From a plasmid: a stretch of DNA of 53,457 nucleotides. This document shows, one piece after another, positions 51,262 to 53,457 of this stretch (positions within the stretch are counted from its first letter, which is position 1; each line of letters begins with the position of its first letter). The stretch lies in sequence record NZ_CP011050.1; one strand, written 5' to 3'. The translations under genes and the position numbers were made by a program. The notes beneath the pieces were generated by a model. That model was not told the origin of the DNA, searched no databases, and saw only the letters and a list, made by a program, of their open reading frames with translations.

Positions 51262-53457
51262 ATGGCTGCCGGAACAGAACTTTCACGTGCCGGTTTTGAG
51301 GGGCCGGTTATAAAAGCTGAAGATGACCGCTATGGTTTTTCAGCCATTGCGGACGGGCTGGCCCGGAGCATTTGCGAACTGGATGAAAATATCAGCACCG
51401 TTATCGGTATCGAGGGCAAATGGGGATCAGGGAAAACGAGTCTCCTTAACCTGCTGACTGCCCGGCTCAGACAGAAGGCTCCGGCTGCTACCGAAATCGT
51501 GCCGTTTTCACCGTGGCTTATTTCTCCGGACGAGAGTCCGGTAACGTCGTTGTTGCTGACCATTGCGGGCAGGCTGGCGAAGTATGAAACCGCGGCTCAG
51601 GCGGATATACGTAACGTGACGACGGTAACCGGTACGCTGGTTAACTATGCGCAGCAGACCTCCCGCAGGCTTGCCCCGGTTGCTCGTCTGGCCGGTAAAT
51701 TAGGCGTGCCCGGATTGGGGATTGCCGCCGATGTGATGGAGACGCTGGGAGAGACAGACCTGCAACAACGGCAGAAAACGGCAGCAGAACTGCGCGCAGA
51801 GCTTGAAAATAAAATCACAGGCCTTGGGATCAGTTTTATCATCGTTATTGACGATCTGGACAGACTGGAGCCCGCCCAGGCGGTCGAAATATTACGTATG
51901 GTTCGTTCAGTGGCTGATTTCTCCAGGTTTCGCTATGTCATGTGTTATGACAGGGAGGTGCTGGCACATGCTGTTGAACACGGGCTGGGGGTACCGGACG
52001 GACGGCTTTATCTGCAGAAAATAATCCCGCTGTCATTTGCTCTTCCCCGACCGGAGAGCTTTACCCTGCGTCGGCAGTTTCGTGAAAGCGCCCTCCTAAT
52101 ATGGCGCGAGGTCAGCGGGCGTGAGCCTGATGCACACAGTGAGCGGTTGCTGGCGCTATTTGTCGAGGTCTACGGAGAGCGGCTTTCCACCCCACGGGAA
52201 GTAAACCATGCACTCAATGCCATACGTTTCCGGTACCACGGACTGCGGGATTATGTGTATTTTCCTGATTTGTGTCTTCTGCAGCTTATTAATACCGTAA
52301 ATCCTGAGTTTGCCGCCTGGACTGAAGATTACCTGACCGCGTGGTCAGTGGTTGTCAGTCGTGACGGTTCGGTTGGGGAGGAAGAGACGAAGGTACTGAC
52401 CGACAGGCTTTTCACCGCACTGGAGAAGTTCGGAGCATCCAGGGCCGCTTCTCCGTGGGAACTGCTTACGTGGCTGCCAGGCATTACCGGATTTGACAGA
52501 GAGCACCTGCGGATGTTTGAAAGCCAGCGTCCGGCCGAGGCGGAGCAGGCCACAAATCAGCGCCGGCTGGGGAGCAGTACCTACTGGCGCTATTATTTTT
52601 CATTTTCAGCTCCTCAGAACGTGATGTCTGACGCCGATATTCAGCAGATTATTGAGCTTGCGGCCAGTGATTATTCTGCGCTGGAAGCACGCCTTTTGGA
52701 TAGCGTTACGGATAACGGCATATCCTCCCGAACCTGGTTTGAGCATATCCTGACGCGCCTCACTCCTGGGCTCACAGAAAATTCAGGTGACATGGTTCAG
52801 CGCAATCTTCTGACGTTCTTTTTCCGCTGTAGCGATCGCATCCTGCCCTTTTATCGTGAAAGAAATCTTTTTTTTCGTCAGGAAGACATCGGTATCGACT
52901 CACTCGTCACGCAGCTGATACAACAGCTGATGTCAGGGAGACGCAGGGAGACGGTACGTTTTATTTCCCGTCTTTTCCGTAAGGCAGAAGCCTTTGCATG
53001 GGCCGCATTATATCTGCGTGATTTTCTGCGGAAGCACAGCGCACAAGGCACGAATAAGACAGAACCTTTTACTGCCGAGGAGGCAGAGCAGCTACGCCTG
53101 GCGTTAACTACACGGCTTAAAGAAACGCGGATCCGGAAAGAACTGTCACAAGTTCCTTACCTGTCAATTTTCCTGTCAGCATGGGCCGAGCTTGCGGGCG
53201 ATGAAGTTGTCAGAGAGTGGGCCTGCGAAATCAGTCTGACCGACAGGGCTTTTCTGCAGATGTTGCTTAACCTCAGAACGCCTGTCAGCAGCAGCAACCG
53301 GGGTCAGTACCTGAAGCTTAACCTTGATCATGTGAGCCGTTTTTTAGGTGTGCCTGTGCGGGAAAGATTACGCGACATAAAAGCGCAGCAAATACCGGCT
53401 TTATCCGGAATGACAGCAGCAATTGAGGATGCCATCCGGATGAATGAGGAACACTGA
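51262..53457 (+). CDS. KAP-family P-loop NTPase (731 aa)
   Basis: GIEGKWGSGKTS (GxWGxGKT/S KAP P-loop) and ISFIIVIDDLDRL (KAP DDLDR Walker B signature); long helical C-terminal region; ATG 1 nt after upstream stop. Confidence 0.8.
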   Translation: MAAGTELSRAGFEGPVIKAEDDRYGFSAIADGLARSICELDENISTVIGIEGKWGSGKTSLLNLLTARLRQKAPAATEIVPFSPWLISPDESPVTSLLLTIAGRLAKYETAAQADIRNVTTVTGTLVNYAQQTSRRLAPVARLAGKLGVPGLGIAADVMETLGETDLQQRQKTAAELRAELENKITGLGISFIIVIDDLDRLEPAQAVEILRMVRSVADFSRFRYVMCYDREVLAHAVEHGLGVPDGRLYLQKIIPLSFALPRPESFTLRRQFRESALLIWREVSGREPDAHSERLLALFVEVYGERLSTPREVNHALNAIRFRYHGLRDYVYFPDLCLLQLINTVNPEFAAWTEDYLTAWSVVVSRDGSVGEEETKVLTDRLFTALEKFGASRAASPWELLTWLPGITGFDREHLRMFESQRPAEAEQATNQRRLGSSTYWRYYFSFSAPQNVMSDADIQQIIELAASDYSALEARLLDSVTDNGISSRTWFEHILTRLTPGLTENSGDMVQRNLLTFFFRCSDRILPFYRERNLFFRQEDIGIDSLVTQLIQQLMSGRRRETVRFISRLFRKAEAFAWAALYLRDFLRKHSAQGTNKTEPFTAEEAEQLRLALTTRLKETRIRKELSQVPYLSIFLSAWAELAGDEVVREWACEISLTDRAFLQMLLNLRTPVSSSNRGQYLKLNLDHVSRFLGVPVRERLRDIKAQQIPALSGMTAAIEDAIRMNEEH

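Overview
This 53.5-kb window reads as an F-like, multi-replicon enterobacterial plasmid backbone that carries a large heavy-metal resistance island. No transposase or IS element was recognised anywhere in the window. Left to right: (1) Unknown genes, a vapBC toxin-antitoxin pair, an orphan traX (the last gene of an F-type tra operon, with no other tra genes present) and a small accessory patch at 4.3-7.5 kb. That patch holds a zinc-ribbon/DUF4145-like protein, a glycine-rich mini-protein, and a convergent membrane-protein pair bracketed by ~87-bp direct repeats. (2) An IncFII-type replicon: minus-strand RepA1, an upstream CopA-like antisense hairpin-terminator, and a downstream ori with DnaA boxes. 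(3) A DsbA-like thioredoxin gene bracketed by 55-bp palindrome-containing direct repeats. (4) About 4 kb of AT-rich, essentially ORF-free DNA. It contains an F-like oriT nick-site relic (inverted repeat plus GTGGGGTGT), an intact hok/mok/sok type I toxin-antitoxin locus, a second orphan sok-like copy and several terminators. (5) A parA/parG-like partition cassette with ACTCAnATGAGTAAA centromere repeats. (6) An iteron-flanked RepFIB-type rep gene. (7) A tyrosine recombinase co-transcribed with an unknown gene, plus two small proteins. (8) An AT-rich McrA-like HNH endonuclease. (9) The complete sil silver/copper cluster (silE, silS, silR, silC, silF, silB, silA, DUF411, silP, DUF2933), an M23 peptidase, a pcoE-like gene and pcoABCDRSE. 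(10) A gene-remnant zone: parE pseudogene, parD fragment, aquaglyceroporin 3' fragment, GNAT arsN-like gene, arsA 3' fragment, and a GNAT pseudogene frameshifted at C9/G9 homopolymers. (11) An arsRDABC operon. (12) A GC-rich two-gene module with a ribbon-helix-helix-like protein translationally abutted to a 731-aa KAP-family P-loop NTPase. The strongest candidates for an undescribed system are the RHH+KAP NTPase pair, the repeat-bracketed convergent membrane pair with its neighbours, and the HNH nuclease neighbourhood. All functional calls rest on motif recognition and gene context; no database search was possible.
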